From Octopus sinensis (taxonomy: Eukaryota): DNA of 64,000 nt. Below the pieces are notes generated by a model, which saw only the letters and a list, made by a program, of their open reading frames with translations, ran no database searches and had not been told where the DNA came from. The stretch spans positions 16,864,001 through 16,928,000 of the forward strand of contig NC_043000.1 in the NCBI RefSeq assembly GCF_006345805.1. Reading direction: 5' to 3'. The position numbers and the translations under genes were made by a program. Below are positions 40,080 to 53,230 of this stretch, one piece after another (position 1 is the stretch's first letter; every line of letters begins with the position of its first letter).

Positions 40080-40220
40080 TGGTGGGGGTGGCGATGGTGA
40101 AAATGGTGGTGGTGGTGGTGGTGGAGGTGGCACCGGTGAAAATGGTGGTGGTGGAGGTGGCACTGGTGAAAATGGTGGTGGTGGTGGTGGCACTGGTGAA
40201 AATGGTGGTGGTGGTGGTGC
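40080..40220. repeat. (GGT)n minisatellite with 27-30+ nt units ggtgaaaat(ggt)n-ggcac
   Basis: Four units; reads as PPPPPFSPV repeats on the minus strand. Confidence 0.9.
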
Positions 40221-40872
40221 AACTGCTGAAAGTAACATGCAACTGCTGGAATGCCTGCTAGAGGAGCTGTACAGCAGAGACCTTTCAGATGCCTGTATCG
40301 CACAGCACGGCTCAGTACCCACATGCACACACACACACACACACACACACAAGACTGCATCACATGCACAGAGCATAAGATTGCAACACACACACAAGGT
40401 ACAGAGAGCTGAGTCAGAATATTCAGCCATCAGCGAAAGAAAGTTGGGGAGTGGCAGTAGGAGTTGTATATGAATGGATTATAATAATGGAAGGAGGAAT
40501 GGTGGGGGGGGAATAGAGGTGTAGGAAGAGTGGGATAGCAAAGGATCAGAGTGGGAGTGGAAGGGTGAGTGAGCAGTGGGGGGATAGTAGGAGGGTGTTG
40601 ATGACGGTGGGACACACATCCATTAGGGTATAAACATGGTTGGAGCAGTGTGATAGTGCCAGAGATAGCAATATGGTGCGCGTATGCATGCATGCGTGTG
40701 TGCATGCATTTTGCACAGAGCTGGATAGACAGTTAATGAGATATAATACACTTCGTATGCACATGTTCGAACACACACACACAATGTGTGTGTGTGTGTA
40801 TAAAATATACATATTGAATGGCGGTGCCCCAGCATGGCCACAGCTCGTGAGCTGAAACTATATAAAATATAA

Positions 40873-40913
<41 letters not shown>

Positions 40914-41087
40914 CTACTAATATAGGATGAAGTTTTTTTTCTCTACAGAAAAAAATTCCATGAAGAAAGTTCTTCGATTTTTGCTGTAGCGAGTAGATTA
41001 TATGTGGAAATTGACGATTTAATAGTCTGTTATCAGCATATTGGCTTTGAAATAATTTTCTTTAGCCCTTACTTATAAGTTGTATAT

Positions 41088-41130
<43 letters not shown>

Positions 41131-43289
41131 GCATGTGTATATGAATGTGCATACATTTTGTACAGAGCTCGATAATTAGACATAACACACTGCTTGCGCA
41201 TGTGTGTGAATGTAAATACACACTCACACACACCACACACACACACACACAGAGATATATATGAGAGAGGAAGGGAGAAAGGAGAAGAAGGGAGAAAGGA
41301 GAGGTAGACAGGTAGATATGCTGAAACAAAAGTGCTAATCTGGATCTGGTGAGGGACGGGGCTTCAATTCCTTTCCGAGAGTTAAGAATAGAAAGGACAG
41401 GCAGAGAGACAGACAGACAGACAGACAGACAATGATATTAGAGGAAGGAAGAGCAGAACATTGACAAACAACAAAGACAGGATCTATTTGAAATGAGGGC
41501 AACAACAACAACAACGATCTGCCCTAATCCCCTTCCCCTCCAAATGGCCTAGAAATACCGATGCAATGAATAGTTTACTACAAGAATTCCTGTTTTTAAT
41601 GAGAATGGGGGAGGAGAAAGGACCAATGGTGTGTTGTTGATGATGTTGATGTTAACTTGCCTGATTAAAGGCACTCCAGCCATGACTGTCTCTTCCAGAG
41701 TGACACTTTTCCAATATGCAACCCTCTGTGTGTTTTTTTTTTTTTTTTTTTCAAGACAAAAAGGGGTGACATTTGAGGGTGATTTGGTGGTTGTTTCTAG
41801 CCAGTTGATTAGCAACCACATACAGGCTCTATGGAAGTAGGTTGTCACCAGCTGACAGGATGGAGGGACAGTAAAAGAGGAAGACCCATGGACAAATACA
41901 AGTGGTGGTCATAATGATGAAAATAATCTTTTATCTTTTACTTGCTTCAGTCATCAGACTGTGGCCATGCTGGGGCACTACCTTGAAGACTTTCTAATTG
42001 AAAGAATTAACCGCAGTACATTTTTTTGTTTGTTTTTAAGCTTGGTACTTATTCTATCAATATCTTTTGCTGAACTGCCAAGTTATGGGGAAGTAAATAC
42101 ACTAACACACACAGAAGTGTGTGTGTGTGTGTATACATACATACATACATACACATATGATGGGCTTTTTTCAGTTTCCATCTACCAAATCCACTCATAA
42201 AGGTTTGGTCGACCTGAGGCTAGAGTAGAAGACACTTTCCCAAGGTTCCATGCAGTGGAACAGAGCCTGGAACCTTTTGGCTGGGAAGCAAGCTTCTTAC
42301 CACACAGCCACGCATGTACCTATAATGTTGGGGATTGCAAAAACGGTGACAACATTGGTAATAATGACCAATAATTATGATGACAATAAGCAGGATTGGG
42401 ATATTCAGAGTAAAGGCTACTGCAAAGATGATGATGATGATGATGATTGTTGCAGCTGATGGACTAGGTCAAACTCAACTGAGCAGACCTATGCTATGAT
42501 GGTGGGAACTGACTACACATGTGTCAGTGTACATGTATTGAAGTCATGTTCAAAATATGCTGCTGTGTGTATGTTTGCCTGTGTTGCAGTCCTGTACATG
42601 GTGTGTGTGTGTGTGCACATGTGATACAGTCCTGTACAATGCATGTATCATATGTAGAACTACATCATCTAACAAGACCTTTTGCTTTTTTTTAAGAATG
42701 GCAACCTGTTATATGAGGGAGACTTAGCTACTATTTCTAGCAGATCTAATGACTACATAGAGGCTCTCTCACTTGTTTGACAATGATGACATGAAGACCG
42801 GTAATGATGATGGCGTTGGTGCTGATGGTAACTGGAATGGTTAACCAACAGGAAATTAGTAGCAAATTGGCAGTAAGTGTGCAGAGGTTGGTGTGGGTGA
42901 ATGGGAGAGTGAGAGAGAGAGAATCTAGATGGCATTTTCTAATAAGAAAACATTTTATTTTCACTTCCATATCAATCTCTGCCCAGATGTCACATCAGAT
43001 ATTACTTTACACATATGCACACATACATAAAACACATACTAACTATCTCCACTTATGCTAACTGATTTTCCTGTCAGCTGGACTAGAATGAATTTTCCTG
43101 CGCAACTAAGCTTGGCTAAAACTCTCCACAGAGCCTTATGATTTATGGAATCAAATACCTCAGTGATTTCAAAAATGTTACATATAAAAGGTCTCCTGTT
43201 GCTGGCAAGCACAGCTTATATCAATAAAGCCTTTGGAAAGTTGAAAATCAGACTAAGATTTGAATGGGTCTCCAATAGCAGGTGGAGAT

Positions 43290-45040
43290 GGTTAAGCTAG
43301 AATTTTTCAAACAGTTGACAAAAGAGAAATTCTTCAGGAATTACCACCATCTGATTTGTCTACTTTCTTGAAGATGGTAATGATGGCTGCATCTCTGAAG
43401 TCAATGGTTATCTCTTTTCACATCCAGATTAGCAGAAACAGAGCATAAAGCTTTGCTGTTAGTGCTTCTTTCTCAAGTTAATGTATGTCAGCCAGAATCC
43501 CAACAGACCCAGGTGGGTGCTTTATTTCTTTTTAAGAAACAGATTGCTGCTTCGGTTTCTGCAGTGCCATGTGTTACAGATACTTCATCATTGGTCAGTG
43601 TTTGATATTGTCAGAGAACCGAGATCTTTCGTTGGCTGCAAAGTCACAATTAAACCAGTCTTCAAAATGGTTTTTTCCACAGATTGCCGATAGCAGCAGC
43701 TTCTTCATTAGTTTTGTCCCGTCTTTAGATTTGAAGGGAGCTGGACTTGTACTAGGATCGGAGATCTCTTCAGTTACATTGAAATAACCTCTCATGTCAT
43801 GCATGTCAGCCAGTTTCTAGAATTCAAATACTTTGGCCTTCCACCAATTGTTCTTCACTCCATATGTTTGTTTCTGGACTGCAGCTTTTGCCTGCTGGCA
43901 AACTTTCCTTTTGTGCTTATTATTCTTGTAATTTTGGAAGGCAAGAAAAACTGCTCTTTTTTTCTGTTGATAAGCTGCTTGACTTGGGTGTTGTTCTAAC
44001 CAAACCAGTCTTCGTGTTTTCTTGCTGTGAAGCCCAAGGACTCCTGACAAACTACAGAGATGCTTGCCATTACAGTGCACCATATGTTTTTAATGATGCT
44101 GAAATTTCCGGGCTGTTGGATGACAGTTCATCCTCTAAGCACTCAGCCTTTGCCAGGTTTTAAAAAAATTCAGAGTTGATTTTTCAACTGGTATTGTTTC
44201 TGCTGTGAACATCACGTTGAAAAGAATTAAATTACTATACTAAATTGTATTAAGTGGTGGTCTGTCCAGCAAACATTAACCCCTGTCATTATGTGTTAGA
44301 TGTACATCCATACAATAACAGTCAGTCATATGCCAGTGCTTTGATTACAGTCTAAGAGTAAAATTCCTCTTTAACTTCCCTATCTACATTATGTGAGTGT
44401 ATACACACTGATGACTGTCACATATTTTTAGACCCAGTAAGCTTTAAGCAGAAAATCATGAATCTTTCACTGATGTCAGTTGTTATTCACAGGCGCGTGG
44501 CTCAGTGGTTAGAGCGTCGAGCTTACGATCGTGAGGTTGTGAGCTCGAATCCCAGACCGGGTTGCGTGTTGTGTTCTTGAGCAAGACACTTTATTTCACA
44601 TTGCTCCAGTTTACTCAGCTGTAGAAATGAGTTGTGACGTCACAGGTGCCAAGCTGTATCGGCTGTTGCCTTTCCCTTGGACAACATCGGTGACGTGGAG
44701 AGGGGAGGCCGGTATGCATGGGCGACTGCTGGTCTTCCATAAAACAACCTTGCCCAGATCTGTGCCTCAGAGAGTAACTCTCTAGGTGCAAACCCATGGT
44801 CAGTGTCTGACCGAAGGGGGTCACAAAGATTAACAAGATCATTGTGAGCTGCAAAGCTTACTCCATGCTCTGCTCTTCTTTCTGTTGGCTTTCCATTCTA
44901 AAGAAAGGTATATTTATCGCCATGCCTTGTTTTGCTAAGGGACACAAGGTCAATTCTCTAGAGATGAGTGCTTTCTAGTACTCTCACCCACCTCATCATA
45001 TTTTAGCATCGCACTAAAATACGCTGGATAGGTGTAGCCA
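43290..45040 (-). mobile_element. Decayed RTE-clade LINE (endonuclease plus start of RT), interrupted by a SINE
   Basis: Broken motifs ALISREL, VISVY...EVKEEFY, HWHM.D, WTDHHL, SPAPFKSKDGT, DFRDAAIITIFKK.DKSD.GN..ISLLST..KILA; many stops and frameshifts. Confidence 0.8.
44491..44823 (+). mobile_element. tRNA-derived CORE-like SINE family E nested in the RTE LINE; diverged minus copy at ~34340-34645
   Basis: ggcgcgtggctcagtggttagagcg...ctcgaatccc head and gttcttgagcaagacacttt core. Confidence 0.8.
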
Positions 45041-45358
45041 ATGGGGAAGCTGCCGAGTAGTCACATGACCAGACAAAAAATATCAAACCTTCAAATCAAC
45101 TCTCTCCACTCTCTGGATACCAACACCTCTGAGACTGCACTTGATGTAAATTTTCTGTTTTAACATGACCAAAATTATTCATCAAAATTTCACACTAATT
45201 TGTTTTAAAACAATGTCTTAATAATGACAAAGTTATTAATTTTCAAAATTTATTGAAACAAATGCAGTACATTTGATTCAAAAGAAATATGAACAGAAAT
45301 GTTAAATAAGAAAAGGATACATTAGATCATTGCTTCTCTAACTGATGTGGCATATTGG

Positions 45359-45686
45359 CAGTTTTTTTTTCTCCAATGTGCCAGGGACCGGTAATATTTC
45401 TTAGTAATATTACCGGTCCCTGGCACATATTAATTCATATCGGAAACTATATATATAATGAATATAATAAAAGTTGAAAATTTTAAAAATTTTATTTTTT
45501 TATATTTATCTTGTAAACAAATAATATAATGTTACATAAGCTGATGAGTTGTTTACTGCAGTGCATAAGGTGAAATTACTGAAATTATGCTATAGTTTCT
45601 TTCTTTTCTGGAAACTTACCATGTACCAGCAGCTGATGGCTCACGGACCAGCGCTGGTCCATGGACCATCACTTTGAATGGCACTG
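45359..45686. mobile_element. hAT-like MITE remnant with an internal 21-bp perfect hairpin
   Basis: Right end ggaccatcactttgaatggcactg; hairpin gtgccagggaccggtaatatt-N7-aatattaccggtccctggcac at ~45378-45426. Confidence 0.45.
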
Positions 45687-45809
45687 CATTAGATAATGTC
45701 CCACAAACACCTAAGTTGATGGGAAAGCCACAGCTAGATTATGAAAGTCTACCTGGTATTGGTCAACTTGGGGTTAAACATTGAGCCAACATTCTGAGAT
45801 TTATTTGAG

Positions 45810-46182
45810 ACTAGCAGTATCGCCCGGCGTTGCTCGGGTTTGTAAGGGAATTAACTATATAAGCATTTTTAGAGATGTAAAGTATAATAGTGGGTGTTAC
45901 TGTAGCTTTTTACATTCTGAGATTTAATAATACATTTTTAGAGAGTTACTTCCCTTATATAATAGCAAAAAAATGCATTAAAAATGGGAAAAAATTATGG
46001 TAAATTTTTTTTTAATCATAGACTCATCGTAGACGCGCGCTAATACCCAGAAGGGCTTGATATGAATCATGACTATAAGATACTCGGTTTTGGTTAAACT
46101 GCACCGCAAAATGTGGGAGTAGTTAGGAATCTAAATTGTAGGAGACAGACACTCACACAACTTCACTTTTATATATAAAGAT
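45810..46182 (+). mobile_element. Non-autonomous Helitron/Helentron-like element
   Basis: Starts actagc..cgcccggcgttgctcggg (small hairpin) and ends cagacactcacacaacttcacttttatatataaagat, like DINE/HINE-type termini. Confidence 0.55.
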
Positions 46183-46377
46183 TTACTACTTCTTCCCAAA
46201 GTCTTGCTTGTCACAGATTTTTGTGGCAAGACAATTCCATGCAGAAATTGAGACAGACCTCATGCCTGTTATGCATAACATTGCTTTCAGGTACTTATAC
46301 ACAATGGACAATGGGAGGTAGCACTGACTCTTTCAAACACATCTACCCAATGACAAACAGAGTCGGTACCAGCACTA

Positions 46378-46607
46378 CAGGGTGGCCCCAAAATAGGTTT
46401 ACAGTTATTCAACTTTCACTTTCGCATTCATATATTAACAGTTTTGATCTTAATTATATAAAAAAAAAGGAAACCATTATTCTATGCTAATTTAGTTAAT
46501 TTTGTCAAGCTCCCTTTTCAGTTTGTAAGATAGAAATTTAAATATAATAAAATAAGAAATTTAAAGTGTCTACATGATAACTGTAAACCTACTTTTGGAC
46601 CACCCTG
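46378..46607. mobile_element. Tc1/mariner-type MITE
   Basis: ~31-bp imperfect TIR cagggtggccccaaaataggtttacagttat / ataactgtaaacctacttttggaccaccctg flanked by TA. Confidence 0.8.
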
Positions 46608-46926
46608 TATAGTGTAGAGACAAAACACTAACACTTTCAAACACATACTCAGGTAACACTAACACCCAATGGATAATAAGAAGCAGTACTAACATTTCTG
46701 TCTAATGGAGAATAGAGGTAATACCCTACTTCTCTTTCTTTACCCACCCTTTCCCTGTCCCTTTTTTGAATAAGTCAGATAGAAACATGATTACATTTTA
46801 TCACTTTGTACAAGATGAATGGGCAATAGAAATGGTACTGACATTTATATCCATGGACAACAGCATGAAACATCCCACAACATAACCCAAGAAACCCACT
46901 AAACCTCACAACATCTTCTGAACAAC

Positions 46927-46964
<38 letters not shown>

Positions 46965-47928
46965 CCTTTCTACTAAAGGCACAGGGCTTGAGATTTTGAG
47001 GGAGGGGAGTAGTTGATTACATTGGCCCAGAGTTTTGGCGGCACTTAATTTATTGACCCCGAAAGGATGAAAGGCAAAGCCAACCTTGGCAGAATTAGAA
47101 CTCAGAACATAATGATGGATGAGATGATGCCAAGCATTTTGCCCGGTGTGCTAACAATTCTGCCAGCTTGCCACTTTAACAATAATAATTTCTTTTATTA
47201 GCCACAGGGGCATAGATGAGGGGGGGGGGACACAATACACAAATAAGCAGAGCAAATTTTCCGTTTCCTCTTCTGAATTTTTTCTTCTCTCACCCTCTCT
47301 TTGTCTTCCTTTTTCTATCCTCATCATCTTTCTTGCTTTCCTTACCATGTTCTTTCTCTCTCTCTTTGCCCTCTCTCACTCTACCTCTGTGATTCTGGGG
47401 GTAAATCTCATAAAAAATATGGTTACATTTCTACATTCCCTAGGAGATACTAATCTGTGGGCCAGGAGCCAAAAGAAATAAGAAAAAACAAAAAAGAAAA
47501 AAAAAACTTATCCCAGAAGATTATGGGTTATATTTCGTGCATTAGAGCTTTGCAAGAGGAGAGGGGGGGGGGGGAATATGAAAAATAAGATAAAACAAAA
47601 TAAAACAAAAAGACCAAAAAAAATGGATATATCGAAGTACTGAGAGAGATTTATTTTGGGAGATGAATTTTTTTGAGGAGAAAGGATATTACAACGAATA
47701 GGATCCCTATATGATGTGAAGTTGTAACACTGACTGATGTAATAATCACTATTAACAAAGTAGATAGATACACTCAACTTCATGTACACACTACCACCAT
47801 CCTCAATGGTTCCATAAGAGACAGAGCAAAGCATTCTCCACCAACCCAATTTAGCAAAGATTCTACAAGAAGTCAAAAGCAGGCTGCCAGGTTGTAGAAA
47901 ATTATATATATATATATATACATACACA

Positions 47929-47995
<67 letters not shown>

Positions 47996-48043
47996 CACAC
48001 AAACACACCTATATATATAATATATACACATACACACAACACA

Positions 48044-48110
<67 letters not shown>

Positions 48111-48133
48111 TAATACATACACACAAACACACC

Positions 48134-48176
<43 letters not shown>

Positions 48177-48180
<4 letters not shown>

Positions 48181-48482
48181 AGAAACATAATATGAGCTTC
48201 TTGAAGCTTTTAATGATGTCATTAAATGCACTGTACACACACACACAGGTAGATATATATATATATATATAATATATATATATAGAATAGAAACATAATA
48301 TGAGCTTCTTGAAGCTTTTAATGATGTCATTAAATGCACTGTACACACACACACAGGTAGATATATATATATATATATAGATATATATATATATTATATA
48401 TATATATAGAATAGAAACATAATATGAGCTTCTTGAAGCTTTTAATGATGTCATTAAATGCACTGTACACACACACACAGGT

Positions 48483-48523
<41 letters not shown>

Positions 48524-48593
48524 AGAAACATAATATGAGCTTCTTGAAGCTTTTAATGATGTCATTAAATGCACTGTACACACACACACAGGT

Positions 48594-48632
<39 letters not shown>
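48177..48632. repeat. Four tandem copies of a ~75-bp unit separated by (TA)n
   Basis: gaatagaaacataatatgagcttcttgaagcttttaatgatgtcattaaatgcactgtacacacacacacaggtaga repeated four times. Confidence 0.9.
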
Positions 48633-48664
<32 letters not shown>

Positions 48665-48875
48665 TAACTTTGGATACTGTTTTCTGTATTCACATGCACC
48701 ATTTTCTCCCCTTCCAGTTACATTTAACAATGGGCATGGGGGAACACATAAAAAGCTGGTATGGTTATATTAGGTTCAATCAACTTTCAGATCTCAGTGC
48801 ATCTGTTGAAACATACTGCATATATTTCATTGTATTTCTTAGCAGAGCACTTAATTCTACATTACCACCATTCAC

Positions 48876-48921
48876 CTAGATGGTTCCAGGTTTTCTGAGG
48901 TGTTGGTGTAGCAGGGAAAGA
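48876..48921 (-). CDS. Candidate 46-nt exon (phase 0-1: SFPATPTPQKTWNHL G|)
   Basis: caatttctttttag|TCTTTC...ATCTAG|gtgaat; good splice sites in unique sequence. Confidence 0.35.
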
Positions 48922-51900
48922 CTAAAAAGAAATTGATCCAACACACCGATGTATACATGTGGTTGCAGAAGGTCAGGCAATTGTGTCTATATAATGTTTT
49001 TTTCATAGTCCTTACATGCCTCATGTTTGTGTGTGTGAGGTGATATATAGAACACATGCTTTTTCATAACATAATTAGTAAATTTCTAGTTGCTGCAGAA
49101 CCTGTAGTCTCAATGACTCATCTACCTTGGGACAGTAAGTACAGATTTGAGCATGGGAAATAAAATCTGTGGTGACGTGTAATTGTTCTAATTCTCATAG
49201 CTCAACAATGCACCAAAACCATAACAACAACAACACCAGCTAAAGAATGGAAACTCTACATTGTTACTTGACCTGCTTGAAATAGTAACCGAGTCTCCAT
49301 TAAATCACACCCTGCCAACTTAAAAAAGCGAAAGACATGAGCCAATGGTAAAGCAGATATGTGGTTGATCAATCTACTAGAAATAGCAGCCAAATCTTTC
49401 TCAAATCACATCCAGAAGTCTTTAAACAAATAGGAAGACTATTTTGAATGATGTAATTCTAAATACATTGTCTGAATGAAAAGTATGGAATAAAGCAACA
49501 ATGAAAGAAGGGCATGTTAGACAATGCAGTCCAAGATACAATAGGTCTAGAAAAAGGGAAGTAAGGAATCATCACTTTCAACCATAAGTATACAAAACAG
49601 TTCACCACCATCCATTCCTAACACCATGTAAACGAACCAATGAGGGTAGTCCTAGATAAATGCTTGACCCTGTCAAGCAGACTGACCAGCCCTCGGCAAA
49701 TCAAGTCAAAGTAGGGACCACTTCAGAACACCATACAATATAAACAGAGGGTACCCTAAGCTAATTTCACTGATCTACAGTCCAAACTGACCTGCTAACT
49801 TCATACCACAGGTTTTACAGAAGAAAATCTGACCAGACCCAAATTAATAAAAACATAGACACACGGTCAGCAATTTGAGAAGGAAGGGTTAGTTAATTAA
49901 ATTGACCCCAGCACTTGACTTGTGTTTTATTTTATTTTGTTGACCACAAAGAGATGAAAGGTAAATTTGACTTGAACAGGATTTGAAACTAAGGACATAA
50001 AGAGCTGGAACAAATACCAGAAGGCATTTATTCCAATGCTTCAGTGATCCCGCCAATCCACTGCCCTTTCTACTTAATACTAATGGTTTCTGATTTAAGC
50101 ACAAGTCCAGTAATTTTGAAGGCAGGGGTTTCAACAATATAATCAACCCTAGCACTTGACTGGTACTTTATTTTATCTACCTCAAAAGGTTGAAATGCTA
50201 AGTTTGACCTTGATGAGATTTGAACTCAAAATGTAAAGAGAATGACAGCTCACATTCTTTCCATTTAAGACTTTTCTATAAGTCTTAAATTCCTGACAAT
50301 AAATATTCATTTTTTTTCCCCTTACCTGATTAAGTCCTATGGTGAAGAGGTGCATAGCCGACTGGTTGAAACTAGTGTATTAAAAGAATTACTATACTAA
50401 TGTTAGTAGGAGCAAAAAAAAATAATGTTTAACCCTAGCAGGATTTGAACTCTGATAAATTATTTTAGTAAGGAAGTTATTTTAACCTTTTGGATACCAA
50501 TCTGCCTGAAATTGTCCCTATTTTATGATACAAACTTCCCGTTTTAAATGATCTTAATTAAAACCTTCCAATAATATTTCATGTTAATTTTATGTTGCAA
50601 ATACCAGCTTAAAAAAATATTTAAATAAATTCTTCATTATTTTCAAAAGAAACAAACAAAAAGCCATGTATTTCAAGAGAAATATGGTAAGAAGAGGGTC
50701 AGACTGTCAGGATGGGATTTAAAATGTAAGGGTAGTCAGATGTAAATGTAGTTAGGAAAGTAGACACTCCCTTATATCATACAAACCTTTTAAACTCTCA
50801 ATTGATTCCTTATTAATGTGCCGGGCATAGATTTAAAAGGGAATAGGTTAAAGGCATTATGTGATTAGGGATAATGAAGTTTAACCCTCTAGTGTTTAAA
50901 CTGGCCATATCCGGCCAAAAGTATTCTACCTGTTTTATGTTCAAACTGGCCAGATCAGGTCTCTCACACCAACCCTACAATATCGTTTTAAAAATTAACA
51001 GCTACCTCATCAAAATCTCAAAGCTATAAGATAATGCCTGATTAGTTCAAAACAATTTGGATGAAAAAGCATTCATTTTGGCAGAATAATGCAAACACTA
51101 AAGGGTTAAAAAACGTCATGTATTCAACTAGCCAGGTTTTTCAACTATTCTTATATTCCTGTTTTTCACACTGAATATAGTACAGTGCCAAAAATTCATA
51201 GTGCAGTAGTATATTCATAGAATATACATAGCTAATAAGAGCTTATTTTATCAAGCTTTAGAAGATGAAAGTGTGGAAGACAAACACAGCAGGATTTGAT
51301 CTCAGAATAAAGATAAACTAATGCTGAAAGGTATTTAGGCCAATGCTCCAGTTCTTCCTACACTTCACTGTCCCACGCCCTTTCATTTTTGTTGTTTCAC
51401 TATTTCATATCCATTCCTCTAAATTTTGCATGAGTGAGTTGGTTTGTTGAATCAATTGTTTTTACAGCTGATAGCCTTTCCCACCAACAGTTGCTCAACT
51501 GTGAAGTAAAGTGGGAAGCTAGTTTTATTCTCAGTTAAGTAAACTGAAGACAGACAATTCATGCTTCACAGACATTGTGTTTCATAAACTTTCTAATATT
51601 GTTTGTAACTTTTGATTCAAGGTTACAAATTTAGGTGACGAATGTAGTTGGTTTAGTGGGGCCAGTACTTAAGTGCTACTAATTTTAATCCATCTGGGAT
51701 GTAGCTAAATACCACCAAGCATTTTTATCTACAACTTTACTGATTCTACCACCAATCACCCTTTTATCTTCTAATATTGCCACAATATTAACAAGGGGTC
51801 TTGAACTGTAAAAGTGAAACAAAACATAGCATTATTTCATAAAATACTTTTAGAAGTTCTAAATGTTCTGTTATTCACAGAGATAAACAAATTTACCTAT

Positions 51901-51937
51901 AATCCACATCAAGTACAGAACTAGAGCTGAGGATTAC

Positions 51938-51976
51938 CTACAACCTGGACTATGCCATAATCCACAGGTTTAATCT
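51938..51976 (-). CDS. Candidate 39-nt microexon (phase 1-1: IKPVDYGIVQVV)
   Basis: ctactttggaatag|AGATTA...TTGTAG|gtaatc; open only in phase 1; acceptor is modest. Confidence 0.25.
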
Positions 51977-52085
51977 CTATTCCAAAGTAGTGATAATGAA
52001 TACAACAGACCAGGTTGCCAAATATAATCAAAGCAAAGACAGATGTAACGATCTTAAAGCCAGGCAGGCGTGCACACACACACAC

Positions 52086-52129
<44 letters not shown>

Positions 52130-52869
52130 ACAGTTGGATAGGGAGGGAGCTGTCTAATCAACTAGTGATTTTGAAAGTGAACGAGGCAAGTTTATACTGG
52201 CAGGGGCCATACTGAGGTAATATAGTTTCAATTATTCAGATGTGCTGCCAAAACTATCTGAAAACACCATCTTGTTTCTAAATATTTGCCAACTGATTGA
52301 ATTGAGCATCACATCAAACCCACAGCCTTCTGGCCATGGGGTGCTAAGATCGTGTCTCATAAGCATTGGGAGCTTTTTTAGTGGCAGTGTTTAAGACTGG
52401 ATAACCAATGGACATGTTTAATGCCAAACACATTTAGCCAGGTAACTTTTACAGAGAAATAGTGATGCACACACCTGTTTGTTAATTTCTGTTGCTTTAG
52501 TATTTAATGGGACATGAAAAGTCATCAGCTTGGAGTCTGGTTCGCCAGACCTCAGTCAAATCGTCCAACCCATGCTAGCATGGAAAGCGGACGTTAAATG
52601 TTGATAATGAAGCTAGCCTAACATTAGTTATCATTCATAAACAGAAAAATGGATTTCAAATTTCTAGTTAAGTAAACCGGTGAGTAAATAACCTTGCCTA
52701 AGGGTAAAATCTCTTCGGCTGATGTACTTCTGTCTAGAGCCTGATACCAATGTGAGCAACTTCAACTATGTCTAGTAACAGAATTAGATATCTGCCAACA
52801 TGTCAAGTAAAACAAAAAAGTTATAAAAATAAAGGAGGCCTAATTCGTTTAATCCCACTATTCTAGTCT

Positions 52870-53230
52870 ATATTATTGTTGAATCAGAGCCAAACCTGCT
52901 ACAAAATAGCAGCAACAACAACCACAGAACAACAACAATAAACAAAAGAGAATGTGAAGTAAGTGATATTAAAATATCTGGAGATATTAGATTAATGAAC
53001 AATTTGGAGAACTATCAGGATTTCAAGAGAGAAATTTCAAATACTTAGTCAATCACTAAAGAAGCTATTGTACTAATTAATAATGATAAGAACTCTAGTT
53101 AAGACCATAGAATAGACTAGAAAAATAATTAGCAAGACTAAAGGCTGTTGTAATTGTACTTCACTTTAATGATGCAGCTTGCTTTCAATGGACAAGTTCA
53201 ATTGCACATTGAAACCGGAGGTTGCATTAT
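52870..53230 (+). mobile_element. Decayed R4/Dong-like non-LTR element, restriction-like endonuclease C-terminus
   Basis: KRECEVSDIKISGDIR...LENYQDFKREI resembles the K.C.IIDIA.PGD.R...K.EKYQDLKREI motif. Confidence 0.55.

Noticed and set aside
48177-48632. Repeat-spacer-like array resembling CRISPR
   Set aside because: Eukaryotic context, spacers are (TA)n rather than unique sequence, and there are no cas genes.
49126-49154. Possible first exon MLKSVLTVP ending AG|gtagat
   Set aside because: Weak donor, ends in phase 2, and no phase 2-0 partner was found before the SDGN exon; the next candidate exon gives a stop.
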